Of a stretch of 64,000 nt of DNA, positions 1-13,578 are shown piece after piece; the first letter of the stretch is position 1, and the number at the start of each line of letters is the position of its first letter. The position numbers and the translations under genes were made by a program. Source of the stretch: Isurus oxyrinchus (taxonomy: Eukaryota); NCBI GenBank assembly GCA_026770705.1, contig JANJGN010000039.1:3596001-3660000 (forward strand). Direction: 5' to 3'. The notes under the pieces are model-generated. The model worked only from the letters and a program-made list of their open reading frames with translations, was not told the origin of the DNA and did no database searches.

Positions 1-212
1 ATTTAAACATCGGTGTATTAGGAGTTAGATCTTTATCGTCAGGTAATTGGCAATTCGTAATTTTACTTTTCTGAACACAGATTAGTCTACAGACTCAAAT
101 CTTTTTGCCCAACATGGACAACCTTTATCGCAATTTTATGCACTTGGTACCCAGAAAAAAAATCAATTTTAAGCTTCACCTTCAAATCACAGATGTTGTC
201 ATTGAGACACAA

Positions 213-709
213 GCGATTGTGTCCTAAAACATACATTTTTCATTTCTGCTGAGTGGGCCACACTTGAATTTATTACCCTTACCTTGACCCCATGTGTTCC
301 ATTCCTTCTAATCTTGTTGCTAAATGTTTTGACAGCTCGGCGTATTTTGGCAGCCAGTAAAGTTCGCAGGGGTCTCCATAGTTGCAGTAATGGAGAACAT
401 CACAAGGACTCTGAAATAAAAAGCCGAAGAAAGTCCATTGTTTTACTCTTCAGTATTACCGGCAGCTATATATTGCTCTGGACAACTTCTGTTATATATA
501 TTATCCCTCTGCATGTAACACTCACTTCAAATTCTGAGGTAAATGAGCTTAAGTCAGTTGGATTCATGCTAGGGGACCTCAGTTGCTGCACAAATGCATT
601 CATTTATGTGCTGACGCAGGCTAGGTTTAGGGAGGAGCTGAAGAGCGGAATGCAGTACCTTGTGAAACTGAGCGCAAAACTGTGCAAATTACAATGGATA
701 ACCCATTGA
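213..709 (+). pseudogene. 3' half (ECL2, TM5-TM7, C-tail) of a GPR139/GPR142-like class A GPCR; 5'-truncated or interrupted paralog of the 26636-40189 gene
   Basis: Reads DCVLKHTFFISAEWATLEFITLTLTPCVPFLLILLLN...SRRKSIVLLFSI...SCCTNAFIYVLTQARFREELK, collinear with the 26636-27525 exon. Homology stops at ~213 and there is an in-frame TGA at 203-205. Confidence 0.8.
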
Positions 710-2279
710 CCTGTACAGGCGGACATAAACATTATGCCCTGAAACAACTCATGTTAGAATAACGCTTGTAACAACGTTTAATATCCTATTAAAAAAGGTT
801 TCCTACTTAACATGCTCTGTTATAATGAACTATTATTCACAGTATACAGTAATCAGTGGTGAATTGTAAGTTGTGATAATAGTAATAAATAATAATTATA
901 ATAATACTGAACAGCTCCTGTTAGTGTTGCAGAGTTTGAAAGGATGAATTGTGATGCCAGGTTTTGACAGCCTTGTGTTCATTGGAACAGTTGTTCTGAT
1001 CAGCAAGAGAAGACCCAAACATCACCAGCTGGATCATGACAACTCGACAAATGTAACATAGACAAACTTGGCAAATTTCCTACGACGTCTATTCTGGGGC
1101 AATTAGTACATAGGGGGAGTTTTCAGAACATGTTTCACGAAGTCTGGTACCTTTCAAATATCGAACAGTTGCGCAATGAGCTGCTTCTCAGATTTCCATT
1201 TTCCGCACATGATTAAAACAAGGAAGGCCTGGTCATCACGTGTTTTGTGAAAGGATGGGCAGTGGCGCAACTGATCACTCATTACCATGATTTATCGGAC
1301 TGCGAGTCGACTCCATATATTGGATTCTGTACATTTAAATCCGATTTCCCTCCGATTCATTTGAATACGCAAATGGCTCATACTTGTTTTTTCACGATTA
1401 ATGAGGCTACTTCCTCTCCACATGCTCATTCACAACACTCTCTGTTTCATGTTATCTGCTCCTTTCACATACGCACAGACACCAAATGGCTGTTATCATA
1501 ATTCTCGAATATTTTCATATGTATGACTTGAAATCCACTCATCAACATAGCGAGTGACGCTTCAGCCAGGTATCTGCACGAATTCCCAGCCAAGAAACGT
1601 CTGATCACACATGGCCCTACCATTAATTTCCTTTCCTGTATACCTACGCATATTGAATGTGAAAAATTGTAATGTAATTCTTCTCGTCGCATATTCTTAT
1701 CATTTACTTAACTTAAAAGCCGTTCGTAGAATGCAACCATAGAAGGTCTACAGCACAGAAGCAGATCATTTGGCCCCTCCTTTCCTTATTGTCTCACTTA
1801 AGGAAGATGCAGCCGGCAGTCACTCCGCCGGCTTCTCCCTGTTATGTGGGTCATTCGCTTTTCTCAGATATTAATCCAAAATTGTCTTGACGATTCCTGA
1901 TTAACCACCCTAATCACCTGGGAAAATGATTGTCCAGAACAACTGCCAATTAACGTTGCATTAAATAGAAAACTAGAACCACTTTCCTTGAATAAATGAG
2001 CATTAAAAACACGACAAGTTCGGTCATGGCATGAGGCGCATAGTTGGCAAGAAAAACAATTATTGTCAATCTTTAACTGCTCTTACAGAAAAGCATACGT
2101 GATCCGTCTTTTCCAGCAGCTACAGTGTTTCTGATATCTTCACACTGGATGCTTAGGGCCTGAATTACTAAATGCTCACACCGCCGGCTCAGCTACCACT
2201 CTTTTCTAAATGTTAGCTCTGGCTTTTCGCCATGTACACTTTCTAAATGTACATCTCGACTGCTCAGCTCCCAGTCCTT

Positions 2280-3225
2280 TTAGTTCCTGAGAGAACATCA
2301 GTTCTTCAGGGTAATGTCCAAGGCTCAATGATGTTTAGCTCCATCATCAATGACTTTCTCTCCATCTTAAGGTCGGAATTGGAGATGTTCGCTGATGATT
2401 ACGCAATGCTCAACACAATACGTGACTCCTAAAATCATGAGGTTGTCCATGGCCAAGTGCAGCATGTTCAGACTTTGGCTGAGGAGTGGCAAAGGACATT
2501 GAAGCCATACAAGTACCAGGCAATGAATATCTCCAAAGAGAAAATCAAACCATCGACAGACAACATTCAATGGCATTACCATCGCTGAATGTCGCACTAT
2601 CAGCATTGTAATGCTTATCATTGACCAGAAACAGAACTGGATTGGCCATATAAACAGAACGTCAAAAATTGCAGTTCAGAGACATGGAATCCTGCGGCGA
2701 CTCCCCAATTCCATTCCACCATCTACAAGCCAGACGATAGTACTGTGATGATATACTCCCCACTTGCTTGGGTGTGTGCAGGTCCAAAACAGCCAAGAAG
2801 CACGACAGCATCTGGGACAAATCAGTCGTAGATTGACACCACATCAATAAACATTGACTCCCTCCACAACCGACGAAAAATAGCAGCAGTGTGTACTATC
2901 TGAAAGGTGCCACTGCCTGAATTTCCGAAGTCACCTTTGACATTACAGTCCAAACCCACGACCGGAGCATCTAGAAGAATAATGGGCAGCAGATTCATGG
3001 GAGCTCAACGATTTGGATGTTCCCCTCCAAGCTACTCACCAGTCTGTTTGAAAAGATATCCCTGTTCCATCATTGTAATTGGGTCAAATTCCAGGAACTC
3101 CCTCCCTAAGAGCACTATGGCTGCGATTCAAGAAGGGAGCTCACCACCATATTCTCAAGGGTACCTACGTCTGGGCAATAAACGCTGTGCGAGTGATTGA
3201 CGCCAAAACCCCCTTAATCAATAAT
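2280..3225 (+). mobile_element. CR1/L2-class LINE (family B), degraded 3' part
   Basis: RT motif LEMFADDYAML (ORF 2247-2432). 3' tail ...gggcaataaacgctg... is shared with copies near 10380, 24030 and 40690. Confidence 0.75.
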
Positions 3226-3799
3226 AATAAATTATCATTGTCTCTGTGGCTGCACAGATACAGCGCTTCCTGTTTCTCCAGTCTGACAGCTCTCTTCTAC
3301 TATAGCAAAATCAATGTCCTAGACAATACTTCCTGCTTCTTATAAAACTATGCTCTACCTCTTTAGCTTCCTTACTTTTATTAACTTCTGCTTTGGGAGA
3401 AGAGTGTCTTTTACTTTCCTATCTGTGTTTTGATTATCTAGCTCCAATTATTTTTAAATCTGTTTTGGGGGGGTGGGGCAGTCACTTTCTAATCCTTGCT
3501 TTGAATACCTCGCTGTCGCTCTTTTTAAAACTCTCCTCTGGCAGCTCAGCTACCGCTCTTTTACCTTTCTGCCCTGGCAACTCATCTACTTCTCTTCTAA
3601 AAAAATGTCACCTGTTCGTGATCAGCTCCCCACTCTCTCTAAATCACTGCTCTGACTGTTCAACTGCCGCATTAGACGAATAATTTAACCTGCCCTGACT
3701 GCCAAGAGTCTAGCCAGCAATTGGAGACGGTTGAGTTTAATTAAGAATGGCCATTGGTTTGTAACACCATGACTTAAAATAAGAATATGCTTGTATAAC

Positions 3800-4330
3800 C
3801 TACTAGCATTTTGATATCACAACAGAGAAAATTAATGAATTAATACATGGCGAAGTGGATTTTGAGATATTAATTGACAACTAATCGCAGATAAGGCTGC
3901 TTAAGAACATTTACGCTCATTAAAAAAGACAGAGGCGCGGATTGTGGGAGAGGGAGGAGTCGCTTTCCAATTGCATCAATTGTGGTAATGCACAGAAAAC
4001 AGAAACTATTTATTATCGTTTTCATTTAGTCTGGATGATGGTAGCTGGTGGCGTTCCCCAGGAATCCGGGTTTGTTTTATTTTTGGTCGACATAGACCAG
4101 TGGAACCTTGGATTACAGCACAGCGTCTCAAAAAGTGTTAGTGATGCAGACATGGTGGGAGTTTACCAGTGAGGATGATACGAATCGGACATCGAGAGAC
4201 CGGCAGAATATGCAGGGGATTAGCAGATGCAATTTATTGTATTGCTATGTAAAATAATACAATTTGGCAGAAGGGGTAATGAAGGGAAATAGAGACGGAC
4301 TGTCACTGTCCTAAAGAATGTGATAGAATG
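3800..4330 (+). mobile_element. CR1 LINE reverse-transcriptase fragment, highly decayed
   Basis: GVPQESG..LFLVDID and SDADM remnants of the RT motifs; similar to the 20900-21250 copy. Confidence 0.55.
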
Positions 4331-4699
4331 GAGGGACCAAGGTGCATGTGCTTCGATTTTAGAGTATGGCAGACAGAGCTGTGCCTCGGGTATGGAAAAT
4401 TGTGGCGACCGGGCCTGGCACCGCACATTGAGGGCAGATGTGGACTGCGCTGCGGGACCTGTGAATGCGGGCGACAATTCCTACCTGGGTAAGTTTGAAG
4501 GTGACTGTTTAAGTGACACAAATGTGCCAGCTTATTCGTATTTAGGATTCAATGGCTAGCACGTGCAGAGACAAAGGAAATGGGGACAATATTGCTTGGA
4601 AGCGAAGAAAAGACAGAGAAAATAACGAGAGAATGATAAGACCTTGAAATATTCTCTGGAAAATATCTGACATGTTCTGTGATTTCTGCTCTGGCTAGC

Positions 4700-5450
4700 A
4701 CGTGACAAAAGTAGTAATCCTCAGATCAATCATTTGAGGTCCTACTTTTCAACATACTTCCTAACTCCTTGCATCCTGCTATTAGAAGCTAATCCCGGCA
4801 TTGACCTATGTCGTTTGTAAGAACGAATACCACGGCCATTGTATGTTCACCCTCTCACTTCAGGATGTCTTTTAGCCGCTCTGAGACATCCTTCACCCCA
4901 GCATCAGGGAGGCTACATAGCATCCTAGAGCCTCGTTTGCAACCACATAAAAGTCTATCTATTCCCCTTACAATTGAATCACCTTTTACAAGTTCATCCC
5001 TATAATGTTCACTCATCCCCTGTGCAACAAAACCAACCGTGGGGCAACGGTTTTGACTGCTGTTGCTTTCCCCTGAGAGGCCACTACCTCCAAATGTTTT
5101 CATAGCAGCATATCTGTTTTTCAGTGGAACAGCCACAGGAGATTCCTGCAATCTCTGTCTAGTCTTCTTGCTCTGACTGGTGGTTACCCCTTCCCTTCCT
5201 GTCTGAGGACTCTAATTCTGTGGTGTGACCACGTGCCATCCAAGATATTCTGCGCCTTGCAGATGCACCACAGTGTCCCTACACGCCACTCCAGCTGCGA
5301 AACCCGGGCTTCTAGTATATGCAGCTGGCGACACTTTGTGCACACATGCTGGACCCGGGCTTTGGAAGTGTTCCAGGCTTCCCACAGAGAGCAGGAGGAA
5401 GACACCATGGCTTTGAGCCCTCCTTCCAGGCATACCCATTTAACTTAAAT
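4700..5450 (-). mobile_element. CR1 LINE ORF1 remnant (zinc finger/coiled coil plus SGNH/GDSL esterase)
   Basis: CSSCSLWE...HVCTKCRQLHILEARVSQLE (5184-5408) and PLKNRYAAM...LVKGDSIVRGIDRLLCG...CSLPDAGVKDVSERL (4855-5151) match the established ORF1 architecture of CR1 elements. Confidence 0.8.
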
Positions 5451-7899
5451 TAAACCTTTAGGAATATATTTAATATCACATAAAATCAATTAATTTAAGG
5501 CTCCTCTTTGTTATAGAGTAAAACCTTGACAATCGATGAGCCACAAAATAAAACTTCAATAAGTATATGCTTTAAAAGTAGCAAATCGTTGCCCTTACCA
5601 TACTCACAGGAAGATCTCGTTCCCTCGTCGCTGAAATCCATTAGTCGCTACTGCTCTCCCAACTCTTTTACAACCCACGACTCCTCTGGGGCTTCTCTTC
5701 AACTCCCAGCTCCTCTCGTGCTTCTTCTCAACTCCCGAATACTGCCGCGCTTCTCTCCTCTTAGTTAAGCCCTTGGTTAAACACTTTTTAGTAGTGGAGC
5801 ACGCACACAAACCATATTTAACATTAAAAAATCAGCTTTCAAACCACTTTTTAAAATCAGCTTCTCTGGATGTGCCAGATGCGACAGTGATATTTGTTCC
5901 GAAATGATTTTGCATTAATCAGGAGGATTTTGACTGATTGTGCTTAACCTTCCCCTCAGATCTGCCTCCACGTCTAATCAACCATCTCTCCCAATATCAT
6001 TTTATAAAATGTGATCTTGCACGAATTCATCTGCTGGCTGGATAATTGAGAATTTGTAGTCGCAGAAAAACTGACAGCAATTTAGGTGCAACAGATATTG
6101 AAATTTCTTCAGTTAAAAGGTTGCGAATCTTTGACATTCTCAACCACAGAGAGCTACTGATGCTCGGACGTTGAGATTTTACAATATAAAAATGATAGAC
6201 GTTTTTGGTACAAAGTGGATTAAAGGTATTGGGATTTTTTATTACAATTGGAGCGAAGTTAAAAGATCAGGCATGTTGAATGTGAGTGGGAAAGTAATCT
6301 GCAAGGAACAAGTAGCCTTCTCTTCTCCAGAATTGAAGTTCATATGACCACATGTCTGCAGTGAGATTCGGCCTTTATCCTTCTCTCTCTTTTTACCTAA
6401 TCCTATCAAAGCCTCTCATTCTCTACATGAAGCTGTCTGGACTGTGTTGTGACACGCGAAATCGTAACACACAAGAGCAGAGTTGAAGTAGTCAGGATAT
6501 TATTAATGGAGAAATTGGAATAGGGAAGCAGCAGGGAGATGGAACAGGTGGGGTATTTTCAACTTGTCAGGCTGGAACTCGGGATGCGCCAGAGGGATTA
6601 CTGCTTGAGACTCTGCCATTCCCAACTGATATTAACGATCAGCTGATGGAGACTAATGTATTTACTTCTGGAAAACGTCCACAGCTGGAAAGAAATGTGA
6701 ACTATAAGGAGAGAAGAAATAGACTGCAAATAGATAATACATTTTAAATAAAGGGGGAAACAAGGAGTCAGTTGCTGTCTGATATTAAAAAGTAAGAGTT
6801 TTTAAATATTATTAGTAAAGTCAGTAAACAGATGAATGTTCAAGTTTTGAAACGCCTGAATATAGAAATGCACAGGGGCTTTGGTTTACCCAAACAGGAA
6901 CAAGGAACGAGGACGCTTGCATGAAACAGCGCAAATCTAAATTGGAAGCCAATTGCCTGTCGTCAGTAAAATGACAATAAAGGAGAAGATGATGAAAATC
7001 AAAAATATCGATTCCTTTATCTGACCTTCTTTTGTCTTTTTGTTGGTAAAAAACTTCCTTTTGCTTTTAACCTCTGCCAGCGACCCACTTCAACACCTCA
7101 CCCACTTCCAATCCTGAACTCGTTTTGTTATTGGGATATGCATCTGTCGCTGATTATTGAACGTAAATGGATAATCAAAACCCTGGAAAATCGCGGCAAG
7201 GATCAGCCATTTATCAGTAAGATGTGAACAAATTTCTTCACTGAAAAGCGTTGGGAATCTGTGGAATTTTCTCCACAGAAAGCAACAGATTGCTCGGTAG
7301 TTGAATTTAATCAGAAATCTTTTAATCAAATATGTTGATGCTGGTGGGATGAAAGTTTACATGGAGAGTTCAACGTTTGACAAAAAATGACGATATACAA
7401 GTAAATTGAATGGGGCCTCAACCTTTGTTAACAAAATAACCTAACCCGGCATCATTAGCACATGCCCTGATGAGTGCATGAGTTCAATATGTTTCGCTCT
7501 GGTCATCTTCTCTGCTTCCCCTCCCCCTCCACCCACCCTTATTTTCCACAGCCTGTCTCTGTAACTGAAGCGATGTCGTCAGTTTCTAAATGTTTCTTCA
7601 GCATTAAAATAATAGGCAGCAAACGGTTCTTGCTGCAAACGGTATTTCCGTCTGGCAAACAGGCTGCTCGACGAAGGGAGGAACATAGACCGTTTAAGTA
7701 ACGCTATGTGCGTTCTACAGCTCAACTAACTTTGGAGAAAATTGGATGAAAATATGTGACCAAAGTCTTGAAATGTTTAAATGCCCCGCGTTAGGAAAGC
7801 GTTCAGTTGTAATTTCAAGCAATATCAGCCAGATTTAGAAATATGAATATAATAATAATATTAAAATGTATACAAATAATTATTACATGTTCTACGAAT

Positions 7900-8885
7900 A
7901 GATTGGAGAACTTGATGTTAGTGACTATGGTTGATTGGATTAATAATATGTTGGAACAAGTTTCTTTGACGAAATCCCACATAGCTGATTGGTTAAAATC
8001 TATGGAAGCCCATGTGTTCCAGGGCAATATAAACAGCTGGATATAAAAATAATTCAGTGAAAACAAAGAATAATTGATGACAGCTACTTTTGTGACTCGA
8101 GGGCCGTTCCCACTGAGCTTCATCTGGACCTAGCAGTTGTGACTCTGCTTTGTATGACGTTTATTAATGGTTTTAGTTACAAATGTAGCGGGACTGAGAA
8201 AGATGTTGTAGGCCTCAAAAAAATTGACCGTGCGATTGATAGCGAGAAGGAATTCTGTAGATTGCAGCAAGGTATTCACGGACTGGTCAGGTGGACAGAA
8301 ATGTTTCAAGTGGAATTCAACCCACAGAACTGTGAGGCAATGCATTTAATAAGGCCAATCAAAGGAAATCATTGTGCAATAAATGGAATGATAATAAGAT
8401 GTTTTGAGGATTCTGGATTTTAAAGGGATAGCCCACTTATGCCTGAAGGCAGCAGGAAAAGTTGGTGAGGCGGCTGAGAAGCCATCTGGAATGCTTCTAT
8501 GTTTTTTAAACGAGGCACATAATATAAGGGTACGGAGGTTTCGCTGGAACGTATCTAAAACATTACTTAGAAGTTAACCTTAATGCTGTGCACAGGGCAT
8601 GTCGCCATATTACAGAAAGGATGCAATTGCATTAAAAAGGGTAGAGAAGATATTTCCAAAGATGTTGCTAGGACTGGAAAATTAAAGCTTTGAGGAAAGA
8701 TTGGATCGGCTAGGGCTTCATCTCCTTGAAACTGAGCAGACTTGGTGTGATTTAATTGAGATGCACAAAACTGTGGGGAGCCAGGATAAAGTAGGTGCAA
8801 GCGTCTATTTGCATGAACAGAGAGGTCAGTGACGAGCGGACACATATTTACAATGTTTGTTGAAAGAGTAGAGGGGGACATTCAT
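7900..8885 (+). mobile_element. CR1 LINE 3' fragment, interrupted; resumes at ~10440-10660
   Basis: RLQQGIHGLVRWTEMFQVEFNPQNCEAMH is the post-RT region of CR1. The sequence breaks after agagggggaca and CR1-like sequence resumes at ttttacgcagaggtatgtgggtgcc. Confidence 0.65.
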
Positions 8886-8899
8886 CTGCCAATTCGATT

Positions 8900-10435
8900 C
8901 ATTCCACGTGATATCAAGAAATGTCTGAAGGCAGAGGATACACAAGGACACTGGGTCTTATCAATATTCTAGCAACATTACTGTGGACCTGTGTTACAGT
9001 ACTTGCCGCGCTCATTGCTAAGCCTTTCCAGTACAGCGGCAAAACTGGCATATACCTGGAAACATGGGCAATTGCCCAGGTACGTCCTGTAGTAATAAAG
9101 CCGGGCAAATCCAACGCAGACAATTGTTGTACCATCAGTCCGCTCTCCATATGAAGTGGTGATAGAAGGCGTCATGAATATATAATGAAGCAGCGGTTAA
9201 TTAGTAATAACATATTCGCTTCAGTGTTTTTTTTTCTGCCAGGATCACTCAGCCATTGACCACAGTACAGCCTTGGTCAAAGAATATATAGATGATTAAT
9301 AGTCAGAGACGAAGTAAGAGTTGCTGCCTCTAGCAAAAAGGCAGCATGTGACAGAGTGTGACATCATGACGCCCGAGAATATTTGGAGTCAATGCTAAAG
9401 AGGAAAAATTCCAGGTGGCATAATTCATACCTAGCCCAAAGCAAGGTGTTTGTGGTTTTTGGAGGTCGATCATCTCAGTCCAAGTGCATCATTGCATAAG
9501 TTCCACATTGTTGTGTCCTCGGCCTGCTATCTCAGCTGCTTCATCAATGTCCTTATTTCCATCATAAGGTTACAAGTGAGGATGTTCACTGCACAAGGTT
9601 TAGTGCCATTCGTAAGTCCTCAGAGACTGAAGCAATCCAGATCCAAATATGCCATGGCTTGCACAATATGCAACATTTGGCTTTCAAGTGGCAAGTAGTA
9701 TTCAGGCACACAATTGACAGGCAATGTCCCGAATCTAACCGTGCCTCTGACATTGAATGGCACTGCCATCACTGTAGTCCCCACATTCAACAGCGTGGAA
9801 TTTATCATTGATCAGTGACTGAATTGTCTGCCATATCAATACCTCGGCTTCAATTACCGGCCAGAGGCTAATACTACTGCGGCCAACAGCTCCCAGATTC
9901 CTGTCCCCTATCTTGAGGGCACAGGAGAGGTTTCTTATGGAATGCTTTGATCTTGCCTGGAGATGGTCAGCTCCAACATGCAAGAAGCTTGAAACCATCC
10001 AGGACAAAACAGTCCGCTTGATTGGCACAATATTCACATATACCCTCTCCCTCCAACACTGACCCATATTTACAGAGCTGTGTACTATCGACAAGATGGA
10101 TCCAAGAAGGCGCCAAGACCCTTAGACAGCCACAACTAAATCCACAACTGCTACCATTTAGACGGACAAGCAAAGCAGATTCACGGGAAAACCACCACCT
10201 GTGAGTTCCCATTCAATCCACACATCATCATCAATTGAAATATGTCACCTTCCATTTGCTGCAGCTGGGGCAGGAGCTGGACCTCCCCCAGAATAGCATT
10301 GTGGGTGAACACACATCACAAGGCATGGAGCCGTTCATGAGGGCAGCTCACCAGCACCATGTCAAGGGCATTTATGTTTCGGCAAAAGCATGATAACTTG
10401 GCTAGCGACGCTCAGATAAGAGGATTGCTTTAAAA
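8900..10435 (+). mobile_element. CR1/L2-class LINE family B, nested in the CR1 above
   Basis: LAALIAKPFQYSGKTGIYLETWAIAQVRPV..KPGKSNADNCCTISPLS (RT N-terminal region); same 3' tail as 2280-3225. Confidence 0.75.
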
Positions 10436-11629
10436 AAAGGCATGTTTTCTTTTTACGCAGAGGTATGTGGGTGCCTTGAACTTACTGCCCGGAAAGGCAG
10501 CAGAGGAACAAAACCCACAAGTCAATTATTGTATGGATATACACCTCAAGTGCTGTAAACAGCAGGGCTACAGACTGAGAATTCGAAATTGGGATGAAGC
10601 TGGACGTTTCATTTTCAGCTGGTGCAGACGCTGTGTTGTAATTTCGACAATTCTATGAAAAGAATAATGATGGGCTCCATAAAATGCAACATATGACGTT
10701 CAATTATTACATGTGGATGATCAGAGAGGGAGCACAGCAGTATGAAATATTAAAAAGATGATCAATATAATGGAGGAGATGTAATACATGGACAACAGAT
10801 TCAGCAACACACTACTACCAGTGCAGAAGAAGATCTGAAACAAAAGACACTCTCAAGCACAAAAGCTTTTGAGAGTAAATAAGTATGTGCTAAAAAGCTA
10901 AACCATAGAGAACAGAATCGAAAACATTTTTTTCAAGCAAATGCAGATTAACTGACCATAATCATTGTAAAGTAATATTAAAAAAAAGGAACAAGCTATT
11001 TCACGAGAACTTAAATGGAAGGCGGGTCTATACGAGATTGGATAGCCTAGGATTCAGGGCTTAAGGCAAAACTCAACAGTGAGTACAATGACAGGAAAAG
11101 CAGGAGTGATAAAATGAAAGAAATAATCAGGCTTGGGAAGGGGTCGAAATGAATGGAAAAATAAAGTACACAATTAAATTATGAGCGAATATATAAAATG
11201 ATGTTAAAATGCTCTACAGACAAATAAAAGTAAAACCAGAAGCAGGATTTGAAAAATAAAGTTGCATTTGAAAAATCTTACAGCAAATGACAAAGTTAGA
11301 CTCTGTCTAGGTGCATTTCATTCTCTTCCCTCCACCACCAACACTCCCCCCCCCTCTCACCACCCCCACCCCCCGCCTCAACAAAGTTCTACCGTCTTAT
11401 GACAAGATTATTGTCGTCTCATTTCGTCGGAAGGCAAACACGATCTCACAATCCCAACAAGCATGCTGAACATAGTCAATGTCACGAACTCAGCATTTAT
11501 ACCCCTCGTTGTCACATGAGCCTCTCTGTGGTTTTTAATCCTGCTCGTGTTTGTCTCTAAACAAGATGAAACCGTATTTATGGTTTCAAACATTGCAGCA
11601 GATTTCCCTCCCCATCACATAACACATGG

Positions 11630-12960
11630 GAACATATGAAAATACTCATTAGGAACAGTAGTCCAATTGGCCCCTCGAGACTGCTCCACAATTGTTAATA
11701 TAAAGACTGACTTGACCATATCATGATCTCTATATTCCCTCCTACCATTGATAAAATTTCAACCGTCTTGCCTACCAGCAATTTATCTTGTTCTGCCTTA
11801 AAATATTATTTAGAAGTTTTGCTTCCACTGGCCTTTAAGGATGAAAACTCGAACGGTGCGTGATTCTTTCAGTGAAAAAAAAAGCCTCCTTATTTCTATC
11901 TTACGGGATTCCCCCGTCATTTTTAACAATGGGCAATATTTCTAGATTCGCCCACAAGAAAGTCATCCTTTCCACATCCATCCTGTCAATAGCACTCAGG
12001 ATCTAATATATTTCAGTCAAGTCGCTATTACTCATCGAAACTCCATTGGATATAAGCCTAGCTTGTCCAAAGTTTCCTCAAAGGACAACGATCCCATCCC
12101 AGGTAATAGCCCAGTAAATATTCTCTGTTCTTCTCACAACGCATTTCCATCCTTCCTTAAATAAGGAGACCAGTACTCTACTCAGTGCATCAGATGTGGT
12201 TTCCCCAAATCCCTGTAAAAATGAAGCCTATCCGCTTTATATTTTTAAACAATTAGGCTCGCAATAACGTTATATTAGCCTTCCTAAACAAAAGCAGTCC
12301 CTGCATTCTAACCTTTCGCATTTCATGCACTCAGTCACAAAGATATCTTCGCATCTCAGAGCCATATCATTTCTCACTCTTTACACAATATTCTTCCCAC
12401 CAATATGGTGAATTTCACACTCTACTGTCTTTGTCAGACCTTACTTAATTCTGTTCTGTCTCCGGATGCTTTTGCGACGACTTCCTTTCATAACTATATT
12501 TCTGTTATCAGCAAATTTAGCAAAAATAAATTAGATCGCTTATTTACAACCTTGAGACACCAACCGTGACTCTTGGGCCATTCTATTCATTATGCCTTCC
12601 CTGTTAACTAGCCAATCGTCTATATAAACGAATATGTTACCCACAATACATTGAGCCTTAATATTCTACACTAACCTTTCGGATGGTAACTTAACAATTG
12701 CCTTCCAGAAATCAAATTAACAGTACATCCACCTGTTGCCCTTTCCTCAGCACATTCTACTTCTTCAATAGAAGCCGTTTGATTAATTATGACTTCCAAC
12801 TCACAACATTATCTTGTCTTTTTCTAATTAACTTGAATTGTACTAGCTGCTTTCCTATAACATGTTAAAATATAGTTTCCAACACTTCCCCTGTTATAAA
12901 TGTTCAGCTAACTGGCTTGTAGTTTTCTATTTTCTGTGATTGTCGTATTTTGAATAGGAG
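11630..12960 (-). mobile_element. CR1 LINE 3' fragment, decayed
   Basis: Reverse complement resembles 20700-21980; tail microrepeat near 11630-11660. Confidence 0.65.
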
Positions 12961-13578
12961 AGTGGCATTTACATTGGGGGAAGGGATGTGGGGAGGGGTT
13001 ATGAATCTGAAGTTGTCACAGGAGGTCTCACGTGATTGTGCTGAAGGGTGTAGCGAAAAAGAGGGTTTGTATGGTACTGCCTGCTATTAATACTTATGTT
13101 CTTATGTTTAGAATTCAAAGTGCTTACTGCGACCTATGTCACAGTTTCCCCATTTGCGTTGTCCATCAATGTCTTTTTCCAGTGTTCTGTTTGCATCTAC
13201 ATTGCTTACAATGATGTTCCTAAATCTATCATTGGTAATATTATATTTGTAATGTTTAAATCCATATTCTACTTATTATTGAGCCCAGTGAATATCTGAG
13301 ATCCTTGCGGAACATCGCGATAATGCCTCTCATTTTTACTATTCACTTTTTTACGTCCTCTCTGCCCTAGACAATTCATAAGATTTAGTTCCAGCAGTGC
13401 TAATATCAGCTAACAGTTTCTGACGTGAGCCGTTATCACGCACCCTCTGAATGTTGACATAAATAGCATCCGTGAGCATTGCACTGATAAATGCTTCTGT
13501 TGCCTCGACAAGAAAATGCACTGCGTATTGCCAAATATGACTTATTTTAAAAATTACATGTTTGCTTTCTCTTATCAG

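Noticed and set aside
7602-7697. Plus-strand exon candidate as the 5' part of the 13579-16465 model
   Set aside because: Its only open frame is phase 2-2, incompatible with the phase-0 start at 13579, and it has no ATG.
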